From an uncultured virus (IMG/VR IMGVR_UViG_3300020447_000005) (taxonomy: Duplodnaviria > Heunggongvirae > Uroviricota > Caudoviricetes), in the IMG/VR virus record IMGVR_UViG_3300020447_000005: a stretch of DNA of 64,000 nt; one strand, written 5' to 3'. Below, piece by piece: positions 1 through 9,879 of this stretch; positions within the stretch are counted from its first letter, which is position 1; every line of letters begins with the position of its first letter. A program made the translations under genes and the position numbers. The notes under the pieces were generated by a model, which did not search any database, had not been told where the DNA came from, and saw only the letters and a program-made list of their open reading frames with translations.

Positions 1-2
1 AT

Positions 3-1160
3 GGTAACACCAAGGGAACCAATCGTAACAGCAGCGTTTGCCCCAGTAACGTTATGTGGACCGCTTTGGTCAATACCGTTAGTGGTAGAAACCGTAATCT
101 GCGGCGGCGTGACAGTGTCAGTGTAGACTCCGCCACGAGTTACATTAACAAGATAAGTGGTACTAGTTATTGACGTATAAGTCGCCAAATTACCAGCATT
201 TGATGTTGCTTCAGACTTTTCATAGGCTTGCTCGACAACACATTTCCACTGCTGACCCTGGATCAAGTCATTGTGAGAAACACTATCGTCGTCGGCAGAC
301 GTAGAGCACGCAGGAAGATCACTGTCCGTAAATGTTACAGTAAAACCACGTGTACCGATTGTCGTGGCCACACCATTAGCAGCCGGTGTAACGTCCGATT
401 GATCATCAGTACCACTTGCAGATAGTACCCGCAGTCTAGCGACTGGAAAATTGCCGCCAGCAGAATTCTCAGTGACTATGATGGTATAGGTTTCTGTTAC
501 ATGACCGTCGACCATACCGTCATAAGCGGAACCACCTGCGATCTCAACGCAGTTGTTAGGACCCGCTTCCTTTGTAATGGTAACTGACTGACTTTGAGTG
601 CCGCCGTAAGCTGCGTTAGACGAATCCTCTGTTGCAGCAGCAACTACCGCTAAATCCTGATTGGCAATAAGCGCTTTAACACTTGTCCATAAAAGTACGT
701 CACTCGTGTTGTCGGAAGCATCTAAAGCACGAACACGAATTACGTCTCCAACTTTCACGTCACGATCTTTGAACTCAGTCGAGCGTGTGTACGCTCCCTG
801 GGTCGCAAAATTTAAGCCCGTTGCTTTAATACGATTTCGGTAACTTGCAACCGTAGATATAATTGCGTTACCCGACTCCATAGGGTCGTTGTAGTACCGA
901 AGCAGCGCGTTTTCGATGTAGATTTTTGTGTAATCTTCATCGATAAGGCCTCCGGCAGGTCGAGTCGGCCAGAGGTATGACGTATTCGAAGCAGCTGCGT
1001 AATAACCTAAAAATCCGTTCTCTTTTTCGTCCGCGTCGGTTGTTCTGGTTAAATAAGCATGCCCCCCGGCAATATGAGCTGAAAGCGGATTTGCAGCCGC
1101 TGAAGGGGCAATAGTAAAGTCTTGAAATACCAAGACCTGTGGGAGTACATAAGTAGCCAT
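3..1160 (-). CDS. Probable contractile tail sheath protein, N-terminal part (runs off the window's left edge; absent from the ORF track)
   Basis: Manual translation from ATG at 1160 (GGAG at 1171-1174) gives MATYVLPQVLVFQDFTIAPSAAANPLSAHIAGG..., open to the window edge. The N-terminus resembles the sheath-type MAxY.xPxVxV start. Thr/Gly/Ala-rich, and it follows neck/tail-completion candidates. Confidence 0.65.
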   Translation of the reverse strand, partial: MATYVLPQVLVFQDFTIAPSAAANPLSAHIAGGHAYLTRTTDADEKENGFLGYYAAASNTSYLWPTRPAGGLIDEDYTKIYIENALLRYYNDPMESGNAIISTVASYRNRIKATGLNFATQGAYTRSTEFKDRDVKVGDVIRVRALDASDNTSDVLLWTSVKALIANQDLAVVAAATEDSSNAAYGGTQSQSVTITKEAGPNNCVEIAGGSAYDGMVDGHVTETYTIIVTENSAGGNFPVARLRVLSASGTDDQSDVTPAANGVATTIGTRGFTVTFTDSDLPACSTSADDDSVSHNDLIQGQQWKCVVEQAYEKSEATSNAGNLATYTSITSTTYLVNVTRGGVYTDTVTPPQITVSTTNGIDQSGPHNVTGANAAVTIGSLGVT

Positions 1161-1196
1161 ATTAGATGGTCTCCATACCTTTTATTGTCGTGATTG

Positions 1197-1898
1197 TTAT
1201 TCGTTCCACTTGAGGTTTTGTACAACCTCACGTAGAGGCAAGGATTCTTCAAAGAGTTCCCAGGTTTTGTTATAAACCCAACCAACAGTCACAGGAATTA
1301 CGTAATTTTCAGACGCTTCCTCTAACTCGCTGATAGCCCCTACTTCTGTTACTTGAAAATCCATCAGTAACAATTGCTGACGTATGGGAGGTGCGAACAT
1401 CGTTAGTTCGTCCACAACCTCTGACGCCAGGATTTCACAACTTGCACCCGTTCCATGGATGCAGAAAATGGTATGACTACCTACCCAGTTCACTGTATGT
1501 AGGTGTATCGCACCTCTTTCGTTTTTATATAAAGAACCAGAGGTTCCTGCTCCCATCACCGCGTCGTTTATTCCTAAACGAGATTGACGATAGGCGTTTC
1601 GTTTGACCAAGATCGCGGGACGCTTCTCTACTAAGTCTCCACGCCACCTATATACGCTTTCAATAACTATACCTGATGAAGCATCCTCCTTCCATATGAA
1701 TTGCTTTAGATCGTTTGCTCGAATACTGTCTTCTGTAGAAAAATGACGTATAAACATATCCCTAAACAGGCCAGTCAATAAGAGCGGCTGCCACCCGTTT
1801 TCACACAACGAATCTACATCAAAATAAGGAGATTGCGTATGCGCTGGATCTTTAGACGGTGGTGTTGTCGTCTCGCACCAATCCTCTGGTGTGCTCAT
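1197..1898 (-). CDS. Putative tail completion/terminator protein
   Basis: 233 aa with a 'KRPAILVKR' motif. Position directly upstream of the sheath candidate is typical. Function inferred from synteny. Confidence 0.45.
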   Translation of the reverse strand: MSTPEDWCETTTPPSKDPAHTQSPYFDVDSLCENGWQPLLLTGLFRDMFIRHFSTEDSIRANDLKQFIWKEDASSGIVIESVYRWRGDLVEKRPAILVKRNAYRQSRLGINDAVMGAGTSGSLYKNERGAIHLHTVNWVGSHTIFCIHGTGASCEILASEVVDELTMFAPPIRQQLLLMDFQVTEVGAISELEEASENYVIPVTVGWVYNKTWELFEESLPLREVVQNLKWNE

Positions 1899-2141
1899 CA
1901 GTACTGTACTTTCGCTTAGGAAGACTACTAACTCGTGTCATTAAATTTAATACGCGTAACGGGTCCACGTCATATTTTAATGGGTCTAGCCGAGACATTA
2001 ATGCCGATTTTACTTTAGCTTTTCGTTCTACTGGATTCGTTTCACCCTTACCGCTACCTAAATAAGGTACGGTCGGTTTAGAGGCCGAGGACAAATCCGC
2101 ACGAGGTGCGGTAGACATAAATTTTGTAGGTATGTGAGGCA
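1852..2141 (-). CDS. Hypothetical protein
   Basis: About 96 aa, tiles between its neighbours on the coding strand. Confidence 0.5.
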
Positions 2142-2163
2142 TCGACAACTTCCGTTTAGAACA

Positions 2164-3018
2164 TCACCCTATTGAATCCTGCTGAGGTATTGCCACTGTG
2201 TATATAACATCAGTGTACGGAGCAGGACGTAATTCTACATTAGCAATTAAAGGGACTCCTCGCATTTCCGCCGCGTTCTGGATACTTTGAATATAGTATC
2301 TATCGTCAGTTTCTCGACTGACCCATACATCACGTGCTTGTAATAACGGAAAATGAAGCATTCGACCCGTTACTACTATATCATTAACAGTACCGCGAAC
2401 CCCTTGGTTATCTATATGTTTGTGGTGCGTTCGGGGGGATAAATCAGCCCATACGCAATCAATGGGATAGAAATATCCGCACTGAAATCCTGTTCCAAAG
2501 CATTCTGGACAATCTGGATTAGTTACTTCGTCTGTCTGAAGATCCAGGCATTTCGTACATCGAACGCCAGTGATCATTCTTTTTAGTAAATAACCGTCTT
2601 GGCTTGTGTACCGATAGCGTAAACGTTCTTTACGTACAATTTCACGAGCTAAACGCCAATCCCGCTGGCCAAGAATACCTTTCTTAGCTACTGGATCAGA
2701 AATGTACGTCCCCGCACTCGTTGTGAGCTTTACGCGATAATGAGTGTATTGTGTTTTACCGTAAACTCGTTTTGTACCGTCTACAGCATAATACGTATTC
2801 TCTATCGCTACTCCGACATTTTCCCAGTCATTAGCGTTGGAATTGCCAGTCTGACCAACTTGCAGCTGGAATTCATACGGAAGTGCGTCGGAAAATGTGT
2901 CTTTCAATGTCCAGCAAACACGTGTGCCGCCACGAATAAGGTAGCTCACATGCACCATGTCAAAAACAGATTGACATACCGGAGGACACTCGTTCTGACA
3001 CGTAGAAGTTGTACTCAT
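2164..3018 (-). CDS. Putative head-closure/neck protein with Zn-ribbon (CxxC...CxxCxGTG)
   Basis: Contains RCTKC...CPECFGTGF, followed by a beta-rich C-terminus (DVWVS...RYYIQSI) resembling head-closure proteins. Located in the neck region. Confidence 0.5.
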   Translation of the reverse strand: MSTTSTCQNECPPVCQSVFDMVHVSYLIRGGTRVCWTLKDTFSDALPYEFQLQVGQTGNSNANDWENVGVAIENTYYAVDGTKRVYGKTQYTHYRVKLTTSAGTYISDPVAKKGILGQRDWRLAREIVRKERLRYRYTSQDGYLLKRMITGVRCTKCLDLQTDEVTNPDCPECFGTGFQCGYFYPIDCVWADLSPRTHHKHIDNQGVRGTVNDIVVTGRMLHFPLLQARDVWVSRETDDRYYIQSIQNAAEMRGVPLIANVELRPAPYTDVIYTVAIPQQDSIG

Positions 3019-3215
3019 TCAGCAGACTTCTCTAAATCTAAAGTAGATGTAGACGTACACAGTTGATTACGTAACTCACATGAAGACGTCATACGTGTTT
3101 CCCAATACCGGCTATCTAGCGCTCGCGACACTTCATCATAGGTAGTGTGGGTCTCAAAAAAATCAGGGGGAATAGGCGACACTGACAAAGTAAAATGATA
3201 ATCGGGCAGCTCCAT
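3015..3215 (-). CDS. Small hypothetical protein
   Basis: AAGGAAGG precedes the ATG (MELPDY...). The stop overlaps the next start (ATGA). Confidence 0.45.
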   Translation of the reverse strand: MELPDYHFTLSVSPIPPDFFETHTTYDEVSRALDSRYWETRMTSSCELRNQLCTSTSTLDLEKSAE

Positions 3216-3228
3216 AACAATTCCTTCC

Positions 3229-4176
3229 TTAGAATGTACCGCCATAGCTAGAGCCTATAGCTCCAGAGAAGCCAGCAATATTAATTTCCACCTTCTTCGC
3301 TTGAACCATATCTCGAAAATCTTTCATCAACGCGTTTGCGTAAGCAGTGTAATCGCGAGCTTTATTTTTATCGTCAACTGATACACCACCTGCGTTATAA
3401 GGCAGATGATTACGCCGATAATTCGACGCAGCGATTTGCAACAAATAAGCTTGAATACCCTTTAACCACAATTCACGGAAAGGGAACGTCTTAGTTGTCT
3501 GCAATCCAATTGGGGGAGGAGTTTCATTCCAAAATTGAATAGGACGTAAAACAGCTTGCGTGATCTCTGCGGCGTCAAACTCAATGTCGTCTAACAGCAG
3601 ATTGTCGGTAGGAGCATTATCTCGCATAGACAGTCTAATCTCAGATATTGAAGGTGGCCCTAGATTCCATTGATTGCCAGACGACGAAATACCGAAAAGA
3701 CCTCGCCCTACAAAACAAACAGCTTGGTTGCTAAAAATAAGACGACAATCGTCTGAAAAAAGAGCCCATTCTTCCATATAAACACCAGGGTAACGATTGA
3801 TCGACTCAGGTAAGCTGTGAGCCTTCACAGAGCCTGTAGACGCTGTAACGATATCTACGTCCATACTGTAGATACAGTCTGTAGGGCCGTCGTAGCCGCT
3901 TAGCTCCCGCATACGGAGCGTTACGCCACACTCAGGCGATCCTGCGGCATCAAAGGCCTCAGCACAGGACTCAGCAGCAACACTACAGGACGTTGCACAG
4001 TCAGTAAGATTGACTGGTTCCCCATTTGGGGTTCTCATTACCCACTCTAAACGAGCATCTTGCCCCTGCTGTATCTCATGACACTGCATTTTGGGCAAAA
4101 CAGAACACCCGTCTACCTGCGTAATCGGGGGATTAATGATATTTTGATCATTACAGTCAGTGTCCGTTGGAGGCAT
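3229..4176 (-). CDS. Putative virion neck/head-tail connector protein with an N-terminal Ig/BppU-like domain
   Basis: N-part IQQGQD...GEPVNLT resembles BppU-like domains. C-part (EIRLSMRD...LLLDDIEF...NAGGVSVDDK) resembles adaptor proteins. Lies just downstream of the capsid genes. Confidence 0.5.
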   Translation of the reverse strand: MPPTDTDCNDQNIINPPITQVDGCSVLPKMQCHEIQQGQDARLEWVMRTPNGEPVNLTDCATSCSVAAESCAEAFDAAGSPECGVTLRMRELSGYDGPTDCIYSMDVDIVTASTGSVKAHSLPESINRYPGVYMEEWALFSDDCRLIFSNQAVCFVGRGLFGISSSGNQWNLGPPSISEIRLSMRDNAPTDNLLLDDIEFDAAEITQAVLRPIQFWNETPPPIGLQTTKTFPFRELWLKGIQAYLLQIAASNYRRNHLPYNAGGVSVDDKNKARDYTAYANALMKDFRDMVQAKKVEINIAGFSGAIGSSYGGTF

Positions 4177-4212
4177 CCTTAACTCCCTTTGTGAAATTAC
4201 GCATCCTTACGT

Positions 4213-4218
4213 ATTATA
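4213..4218 (-). promoter_or_regulatory. Possible -10 box (TATAAT) upstream of the neck genes
   Basis: Minus strand reads TGTTTATAATAC in the 4177-4243 intergenic gap. No clear -35. Confidence 0.3.
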
Positions 4219-4243
4219 AACAGCCTGGACTAAAAACCGAATG

Positions 4244-5473
4244 TCATATATCACATGTTCCAGGCTGTCTTTGTCCTTTTAAGGCACAAAGATGAAATCT
4301 CAAGTGTTTATAACCGTTATCTTTGTGCCAGTCCGATAGGTACTCTTCTGTAGTAAGTACTTGTTGAAATCTTGCGAAGACGTGGCCGTTTCTGTCCGCA
4401 TGCTTCTTATTAATATAAGGTAACATGCTTGCTTCACTATAATAAGATTTGTATGCCGGATCTGCAAAACCAATACCAGTAGTAGCATCAGGAACTGTAA
4501 TAATAACATAACCTCCAGGTACGAGAGCCTCGTAGACGCTGTTCATAAAATCAGCTACTTGCTCGCCATCTAACCACTGTAGATAATCTTTGATTTCAAT
4601 AACACCATAGCGCTCAAAACCAAATCCGTGACACAAATCTCGGTCGTATTTCCACCCAGACTCAACCAGCTCAACTATGTTAAGCGTTGCGTAATTCTCA
4701 CGGGAAACCCATTCACGGATTAAGTCCTCAGTGTATTTAATTTTATAGCTCCTGGATAATGTTTGTATTTGCTTGTTACGGCTATTAACAGTATTTTCCT
4801 CGTACGTGCGATATAAATAATGACAACCGTTGGTGTGCGTAAACGTAGCGCCGCTTAAGTAAGTTTTTATCATTAACTCCAAATCATCAATGACAGCAAG
4901 ATCACGATTGTGGCCGCCTGCTTTGTAATAAGCTTTTCGGCTCCAGCAACGAACATGATCAGGAGCGTAATATATTTCACACAAAGAACGCGGTGTTACA
5001 TTAAAAGCTCGAGTTGCTACTAACTCTCTGCCGTAAATATTAACCGCATAAGTTTGCCAGCCGTGGTCTTTGCTGTAAATAATGTTCCCGAATTCTTGGT
5101 GATTCTGAGCTGCCTTGTAAGAAAACACAGAAACGTCTGAATAAACAAAGCCTGCCCCACCCTCAAAAGCTTCGTTAATGGCAGAAAGTGAATTTCCCGG
5201 AAACAATAAATCGTCGTGGTCTAATTCAATAAATGCATCGCCACTGCAATTATCACACGCTAAACGTTTCAGAGCACCAATGTTATATAAGTGAGAACCA
5301 CCGTCCACAACCTTAACACGAGGATCATTCCGTATGTTATCAGGAATGACTGCTTTTCCTCCGTTAGGGACTAACACCCATTCCCATTTGGTGTAACTTT
5401 GCCTTAACAGAGACGCATAGGCTTCTGGAAGATGTGTGGGTAAGTGAGTAGGTGTGAATATGCTTAACTTCAT
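4244..5473 (-). CDS. GT2-family glycosyltransferase with C-terminal methyltransferase-like domain
   Basis: SIFTPTH...SLLRQSY...ELDHDD (DxD) and DDLEL motifs. C-terminal LVPGGYVIITVP. Confidence 0.8.
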   Translation of the reverse strand: MKLSIFTPTHLPTHLPEAYASLLRQSYTKWEWVLVPNGGKAVIPDNIRNDPRVKVVDGGSHLYNIGALKRLACDNCSGDAFIELDHDDLLFPGNSLSAINEAFEGGAGFVYSDVSVFSYKAAQNHQEFGNIIYSKDHGWQTYAVNIYGRELVATRAFNVTPRSLCEIYYAPDHVRCWSRKAYYKAGGHNRDLAVIDDLELMIKTYLSGATFTHTNGCHYLYRTYEENTVNSRNKQIQTLSRSYKIKYTEDLIREWVSRENYATLNIVELVESGWKYDRDLCHGFGFERYGVIEIKDYLQWLDGEQVADFMNSVYEALVPGGYVIITVPDATTGIGFADPAYKSYYSEASMLPYINKKHADRNGHVFARFQQVLTTEEYLSDWHKDNGYKHLRFHLCALKGQRQPGTCDI

Positions 5474-5500
5474 AAATAAAGTTTAGCGTAGAATCCATAT

Positions 5501-5536
5501 AAAAAAAGACTCGGCAGAGTGGGTCTGCCAAGCCTT
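5501..5536 (-). terminator. Intrinsic terminator after the capsid operon
   Basis: Minus strand AGGCTTGGCAGA-CCCAC-TCTGCCGAGTCT followed by a T run. Confidence 0.8.
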
Positions 5537-5574
5537 CGGAACACCTATGCGGGGTAGGTGAGTGAAAATACTGA

Positions 5575-5916
5575 TTAAGCAGTCGATTCCCAACAAGGAT
5601 CATCAACAGCCAGCGTAAAGTCTGTCAAAGTTAACATGTAACTCTCCCCATTGCTACTTTTTAGAATAGCTGATGGAGTACTGACAATCTCAATTTGCTG
5701 AGTATCAAGTGCCTTCTCAAGAGCCAAGACGGAACGACGAGATGTAGCTCTATCAAAGCCGTTAGCAACTGCATCAAGAATATTACCAAAAACGGTTGTG
5801 GTACCGTCGTCGGCTAATTCTTGTCCGTGCGGCGGAAGAAAACCAAACCTCTTCGTACCACCAGAAATATTCTTGACTGTACTATAAAGACAGTCTAAGT
5901 CCATGAGATAAGCCAT
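5575..5916 (-). CDS. Hypothetical, probably head-associated protein
   Basis: 113 aa with a GAGGAGG SD, in the capsid operon. Confidence 0.6.
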   Translation of the reverse strand: MAYLMDLDCLYSTVKNISGGTKRFGFLPPHGQELADDGTTTVFGNILDAVANGFDRATSRRSVLALEKALDTQQIEIVSTPSAILKSSNGESYMLTLTDFTLAVDDPCWESTA

Positions 5917-5919
5917 TAA

Positions 5920-6321
5920 TTAGCCCTCCTCTTTCATGTTTGCGAGGATAGCAGCTTCATTCGCTTTCAACGCAAGCACTGAGTTATAGAAGACAGGCTC
6001 TTGAGCCAACTGCGCCGCAGCTGACTTGTAAGACATATCTTCCTCTTGTGCTTGTGCATATTGCCCTTGAGGTGTTTCTCCCAAAACATCTGTCAAAGCA
6101 CCTACAGGATTAGCGAATCGGCTGTCACCCGCTTCTTTTTCCGTATCATCAACGCCACGCAACTTTCCGGCGAGCTCCAGCAAATCAGCGGCTTCCTTCT
6201 CGTTTTGAGGCTGTATGCCGTGGTTGGCTAGTTTGCCGAAAAATACATTTGCGTGAACGCCTTCAAACAAATTATTGTAAGCTTCCCCGACTTCTGGAAG
6301 AGCTTGTTCGTTATCTGCCAT
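5920..6321 (-). CDS. Hypothetical head-associated protein with K-x-A motifs
   Basis: Start revised to MADNEQ (GGAG at 6329-6332). Contains EKEA twice and YKSA. Confidence 0.6.
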   Translation of the reverse strand: MADNEQALPEVGEAYNNLFEGVHANVFFGKLANHGIQPQNEKEAADLLELAGKLRGVDDTEKEAGDSRFANPVGALTDVLGETPQGQYAQAQEEDMSYKSAAAQLAQEPVFYNSVLALKANEAAILANMKEEG

Positions 6322-6350
6322 AGCGTTACTCCGCATTGTTGAAAGCCTGT

Positions 6351-6390
6351 AAGGTGGCTTCCCGCTAAATACATAACGAGAAGCCACCTT
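6351..6390 (-). other. 17-bp RNA hairpin immediately after the major capsid gene
   Basis: AAGGTGGCTTCTCGTTA-TGTATT-TAGCGGGAAGCCACCTT. G-U pairs favour the minus strand. No U-tract. Confidence 0.7.
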
Positions 6391-6404
6391 GTATTGGCTT
6401 AGTT

Positions 6405-7343
6405 CTAACTAAAGGTTGCCTTAGCCAAACCGCTGGTATGACCAATGGTTCCGCCTAGAGTCTCATAAGCAAAGAACTCAATCATGTACGCTTCACGACG
6501 AATGTACATAGTTGTGTCTTCCAAAATATAACTCTTACCAATAAACTTCGGATCTGCAAAGTGATACATCGTATTAGTCGTGACCAAGTTCTTCTTGATC
6601 GTGATAATCCACTTTACGCCCATGAACTCAGCAAGAGCCCAACCGTTACGCATAACCTCTTCACTCAAGTCACCGCCCATTTCGTTGCGACTGAACTTAG
6701 CCACTTCCTTAATGGTGATGTTGTTGAGAAGCACAACGTGAACTTCAAGGTTCGACGGAGTGTTAGGCATGATCTTCAGGCTGTCCCAAAGCGTGTCGCG
6801 GGTGATTCCACCAGCGATAGCTTCGTGCTGGACGACCTCTGACGTAGGAACAATACCGCCAGCAGAACCAACAGCAGTGTTAACCGCAGTGAGAAACTTA
6901 CCGTCTTCCTCTGCCAGCATGTCCTTGATAGCATTGTCGCTAAGGACCTGTCGGATATCCATGTACCAAGTACGAAGCTCATCAACGTCCTTCGTGAAGC
7001 GAGGCGTCACGATACGGTCGAAGCTCACCTTGTAGCGAGGTCCACGAATGTAAAGGTTAGTCGGAAGAGTCGCGAAAGGAATCGAGATGGCCGCAGGGCT
7101 ATCAGGTTCCTTGTCCACGATCTTGACCGGCTTATCTGTATCGACCTGTCGGTCGAGTTCATCATTACTGATGGGCAACGGCGGAATAATCCGTCGATAA
7201 AAGCCATCTTCACGCATCTTTGTGCGTGTGAAATCGTTAACAGCATCAACGGCTTGCTTCTCCAGAAGTGGATCTCTTGATGCCAGCTTCTCGAAGATTG
7301 CCTCATTGAGGAGTTTTGATTCCTCTTGAGTGGTAGCGGACAT
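6405..7343 (-). CDS. Major capsid protein (HK97-like fold)
   Basis: 312 aa with strong SD AAGGAGGT. Pattern R.KMREDGF.RRI.P...F.RI.TP.F.KDVDEL...KDM.AEED.KF resembles large-phage capsid proteins. Gene order is protease-scaffold-decoration-MCP. Confidence 0.75.
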   Translation of the reverse strand: MSATTQEESKLLNEAIFEKLASRDPLLEKQAVDAVNDFTRTKMREDGFYRRIIPPLPISNDELDRQVDTDKPVKIVDKEPDSPAAISIPFATLPTNLYIRGPRYKVSFDRIVTPRFTKDVDELRTWYMDIRQVLSDNAIKDMLAEEDGKFLTAVNTAVGSAGGIVPTSEVVQHEAIAGGITRDTLWDSLKIMPNTPSNLEVHVVLLNNITIKEVAKFSRNEMGGDLSEEVMRNGWALAEFMGVKWIITIKKNLVTTNTMYHFADPKFIGKSYILEDTTMYIRREAYMIEFFAYETLGGTIGHTSGLAKATFS

Positions 7344-7392
7344 GGAATATTACCTCCTTGTAAAGGATAATTTAAAAACTGAGTCTTGCTGC

Positions 7393-7941
7393 TTAGGCGG
7401 TATTGATAAGCTTCGGCAAGAAATACGGCCAGAATGCGATGCAATCATGGCCATAACCGTTATCCTGAAAGCCCTTCCGGCTAACAACACCGCAGATGCC
7501 TACTCCTCCATTGTAAGTAGTGGCGTCAATTTTACCTGTCGTCAAACCAGTCAACGGAACATTAGGTTGATAATCTGACTCTGTAACGCCATCAAATTGA
7601 GTTGAAGTCAACTCATAAGCACCAGTAGCGACCAAAGCCATGATGTTACCAGACGGTGAAACAGGAACCCAAACACCCTTGTCACCATCTGGGGCAGCAT
7701 CGCCACCGTCGTTAGCAACATCAGGATCGTCGCTGTTCTGAAAAGTAAACAAAGGCACCTGATCTACTGCATTGCCCAGTTTATAATTTCCGCTAGTCGG
7801 ATCAACATGAACTACAGAACCTGCAAGAACTGTAGTAGTAATGCTTGAATCCAACTTCGTGGAATAATCTACTGCCGATTGCGAAGGCCAACCTTTAAGA
7901 GCGTTGAGCGTATTCGCGGTCATTTGCCGTGGAGCGGCCAT
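7393..7941 (-). CDS. Putative capsid decoration/cement protein
   Basis: 182 aa, Gly-rich beta protein (VLAGSVVHVD...GICGVVS) directly upstream of the MCP. Confidence 0.5.
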   Translation of the reverse strand: MAAPRQMTANTLNALKGWPSQSAVDYSTKLDSSITTTVLAGSVVHVDPTSGNYKLGNAVDQVPLFTFQNSDDPDVANDGGDAAPDGDKGVWVPVSPSGNIMALVATGAYELTSTQFDGVTESDYQPNVPLTGLTTGKIDATTYNGGVGICGVVSRKGFQDNGYGHDCIAFWPYFLPKLINTA

Positions 7942-7999
7942 GGTAAATCCTCCTTGAATTTAAGTAAACAGACTAATACTAGCCTGCGTCCATTTCATG

Positions 8000-8434
8000 T
8001 TACACAGGGTTATTAACAACAGCCCATATAGCCTCATCCGAAGCTTTCTTCTCAGACGTCCGACGTCCAACATAAGGGTCTTCGAGTGAGCTGTAGCTAC
8101 TAACGTTACTTACGCCAGATTGCCCCTCATCCACTCCACGACCTAGATCGCTTGCCGATTTTTCAAGTCGAGCGTGAGCGTCTGAAAGCTTTTCAACAGA
8201 GTTCCGAAGAAGCTCCATTGTACCTGTGTGTGACTGAAGCATACCAGAAGCAGCTTCTTTTTGATGTGCAGCCACACACCCTTTATCAACCATGTGATCA
8301 GCTAGAGAAGCCACTTGTGAGTTAGCTTCTTGCGCTGCCGTATGGTAACTACTATAAGAATCCAAAGCCCGCTTCTGGAGAAGCGAGTTAATCTGGATGC
8401 TTTTTACCAGCATTTCTGCAAGTTTGGGTTTCAT
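8000..8434 (-). CDS. Hypothetical head morphogenesis protein with K-x-A motifs
   Basis: Helical, with QKRA, QKEA, EKSA and KKAS. GGAGG SD. Confidence 0.55.
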   Translation of the reverse strand: MKPKLAEMLVKSIQINSLLQKRALDSYSSYHTAAQEANSQVASLADHMVDKGCVAAHQKEAASGMLQSHTGTMELLRNSVEKLSDAHARLEKSASDLGRGVDEGQSGVSNVSSYSSLEDPYVGRRTSEKKASDEAIWAVVNNPV

Positions 8435-8462
8435 GATAGAAACTCCTCCGTGAGCGTTAATA

Positions 8463-9809
8463 TTATCTACGTGAACGAGCGATGATCTCTTGGATGTAGT
8501 CTTTCACTGCGTTTCCGGCACTGCCCTTCTTAGCAGCAGCACGTTTATCCGCAGCTTCCACTTCCAAGCCAGCAGCTTCCTCAGGAGGAGCTTCCTCAGG
8601 GAGACCGCCCTCTAGGCCGCCGCCCCCTAAGCCGCCACCCTCTAGGCCAGCGCCCTCTAGGCCAGCGCCCTCTAAGCCGCCGCCTTCCTCAGCCGCCATC
8701 GCTTGCTCGAGTTCCTCAGGCGAAATACCCAATTCCTCAAGAATTGCAGCCAGCTGCTCTACGTCTTCTCCACCTTCCTCAGGAACACCTTCCTCGGGAA
8801 TACCTCCCTCGGCTCCCAGTCCAGCGCCCAATCCGCCAAGCTCTTCTCCACCGCCCATACCTTGGACAGCTTCCATAGCTGCTTCCTCTGGCATGCCGCC
8901 CTCTTCAGGAGCGCCACCGCCACCCATCATCGCAGCCAAAGCTTCTTCGTTAGCAGATTTTTCTGAGGCAGCTTTATTCTGACTATTAATCTCGTCGCTG
9001 TAGCTCACGAGAAAATGATTAACACGGTCTGCATCAGCAGACGCTGTCTTAATAATGTCAGTCAAAGTTTCCTCGACCATAGCGTCAGCAGCTTCTTTAT
9101 CGAAATCGCCAGTCAAAAGCCCAGCCAATTCCCAGCCAGCTTGAGCAGCAACGTCAGTTGCTTCTTTGCTCTCAGCTGCTTTGTCAGATTTCGCACTAAC
9201 TTCGTTCTCAGCAGTTTTGCTGAAATCGTGAACAGCTAGCTCAGCCAAGATAGCGTTGTTAAGATCAGAAGCAACTTTTGCAAGATCAGCCAACGGCATC
9301 TCTTCAAGCTGAGACTCAGCGTACTTCAACCCGTCCAAAGAACTATTCTCTGTGGTTGCGGGGTGAGTAGTTGGACCACCGGGTCCGCCTGAGTCCTCTT
9401 TTTCAGCTTTAACACTACTAGTCTCAACGGAAGGATCGTCCCCAGTCGGTTCTTTAACAGTTCCGATTTGAAGTTGATCATCTGCTGCTGAACCAGGACT
9501 TTGTGCCGGGTCACCAGCAGCCCCACCCTCAGACTTACCTTCGGCAGTCTTTTCAGGTGTAGCAATTGGTTGATTGTCGACGCTAGGTGGACCTTCGTCC
9601 GCTTTTACGTCTGCATCATTTTCTTTTGATCGAAAACCTTCGTCCGCGTCATCGGTATGATCATCCACGTCTTTGACGGGATGTTCTGTCGCACCACCGA
9701 CACTGCCTGCTTCAGTGTTAGCTTCAGCAGCTAATTTTTCGGTGGCCCCGACCTCCCGGATGAATTTATCAATCGTATTCATCGACTCTTGCGCTGTTAG
9801 GGCGGTCAT
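8463..9809 (-). CDS. Acidic scaffold-like prohead core protein
   Basis: Start revised to MTALTAQ (AAGGAG at 9818-9823). Very acidic and low-complexity with at least 8 K-x-A motifs. Lies between the protease and the MCP. Confidence 0.6.
   Translation of the reverse strand: MTALTAQESMNTIDKFIREVGATEKLAAEANTEAGSVGGATEHPVKDVDDHTDDADEGFRSKENDADVKADEGPPSVDNQPIATPEKTAEGKSEGGAAGDPAQSPGSAADDQLQIGTVKEPTGDDPSVETSSVKAEKEDSGGPGGPTTHPATTENSSLDGLKYAESQLEEMPLADLAKVASDLNNAILAELAVHDFSKTAENEVSAKSDKAAESKEATDVAAQAGWELAGLLTGDFDKEAADAMVEETLTDIIKTASADADRVNHFLVSYSDEINSQNKAASEKSANEEALAAMMGGGGAPEEGGMPEEAAMEAVQGMGGGEELGGLGAGLGAEGGIPEEGVPEEGGEDVEQLAAILEELGISPEELEQAMAAEEGGGLEGAGLEGAGLEGGGLGGGGLEGGLPEEAPPEEAAGLEVEAADKRAAAKKGSAGNAVKDYIQEIIARSRR
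8605..8684. repeat. Imperfect 15-bp tandem repeat encoding GLEGA/GLGGG
   Basis: Repeated ccctctaggccagcg-like units, giving GLEGAGLEGAGLEGGGLGGGGLEGG. Confidence 0.8.
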
Positions 9810-9879
9810 ATAGAGCACTCCTTGCGTGATTACAATTAGCAGTTCCGTGTTACGACAGAACCTCACTTAACATAACTCA

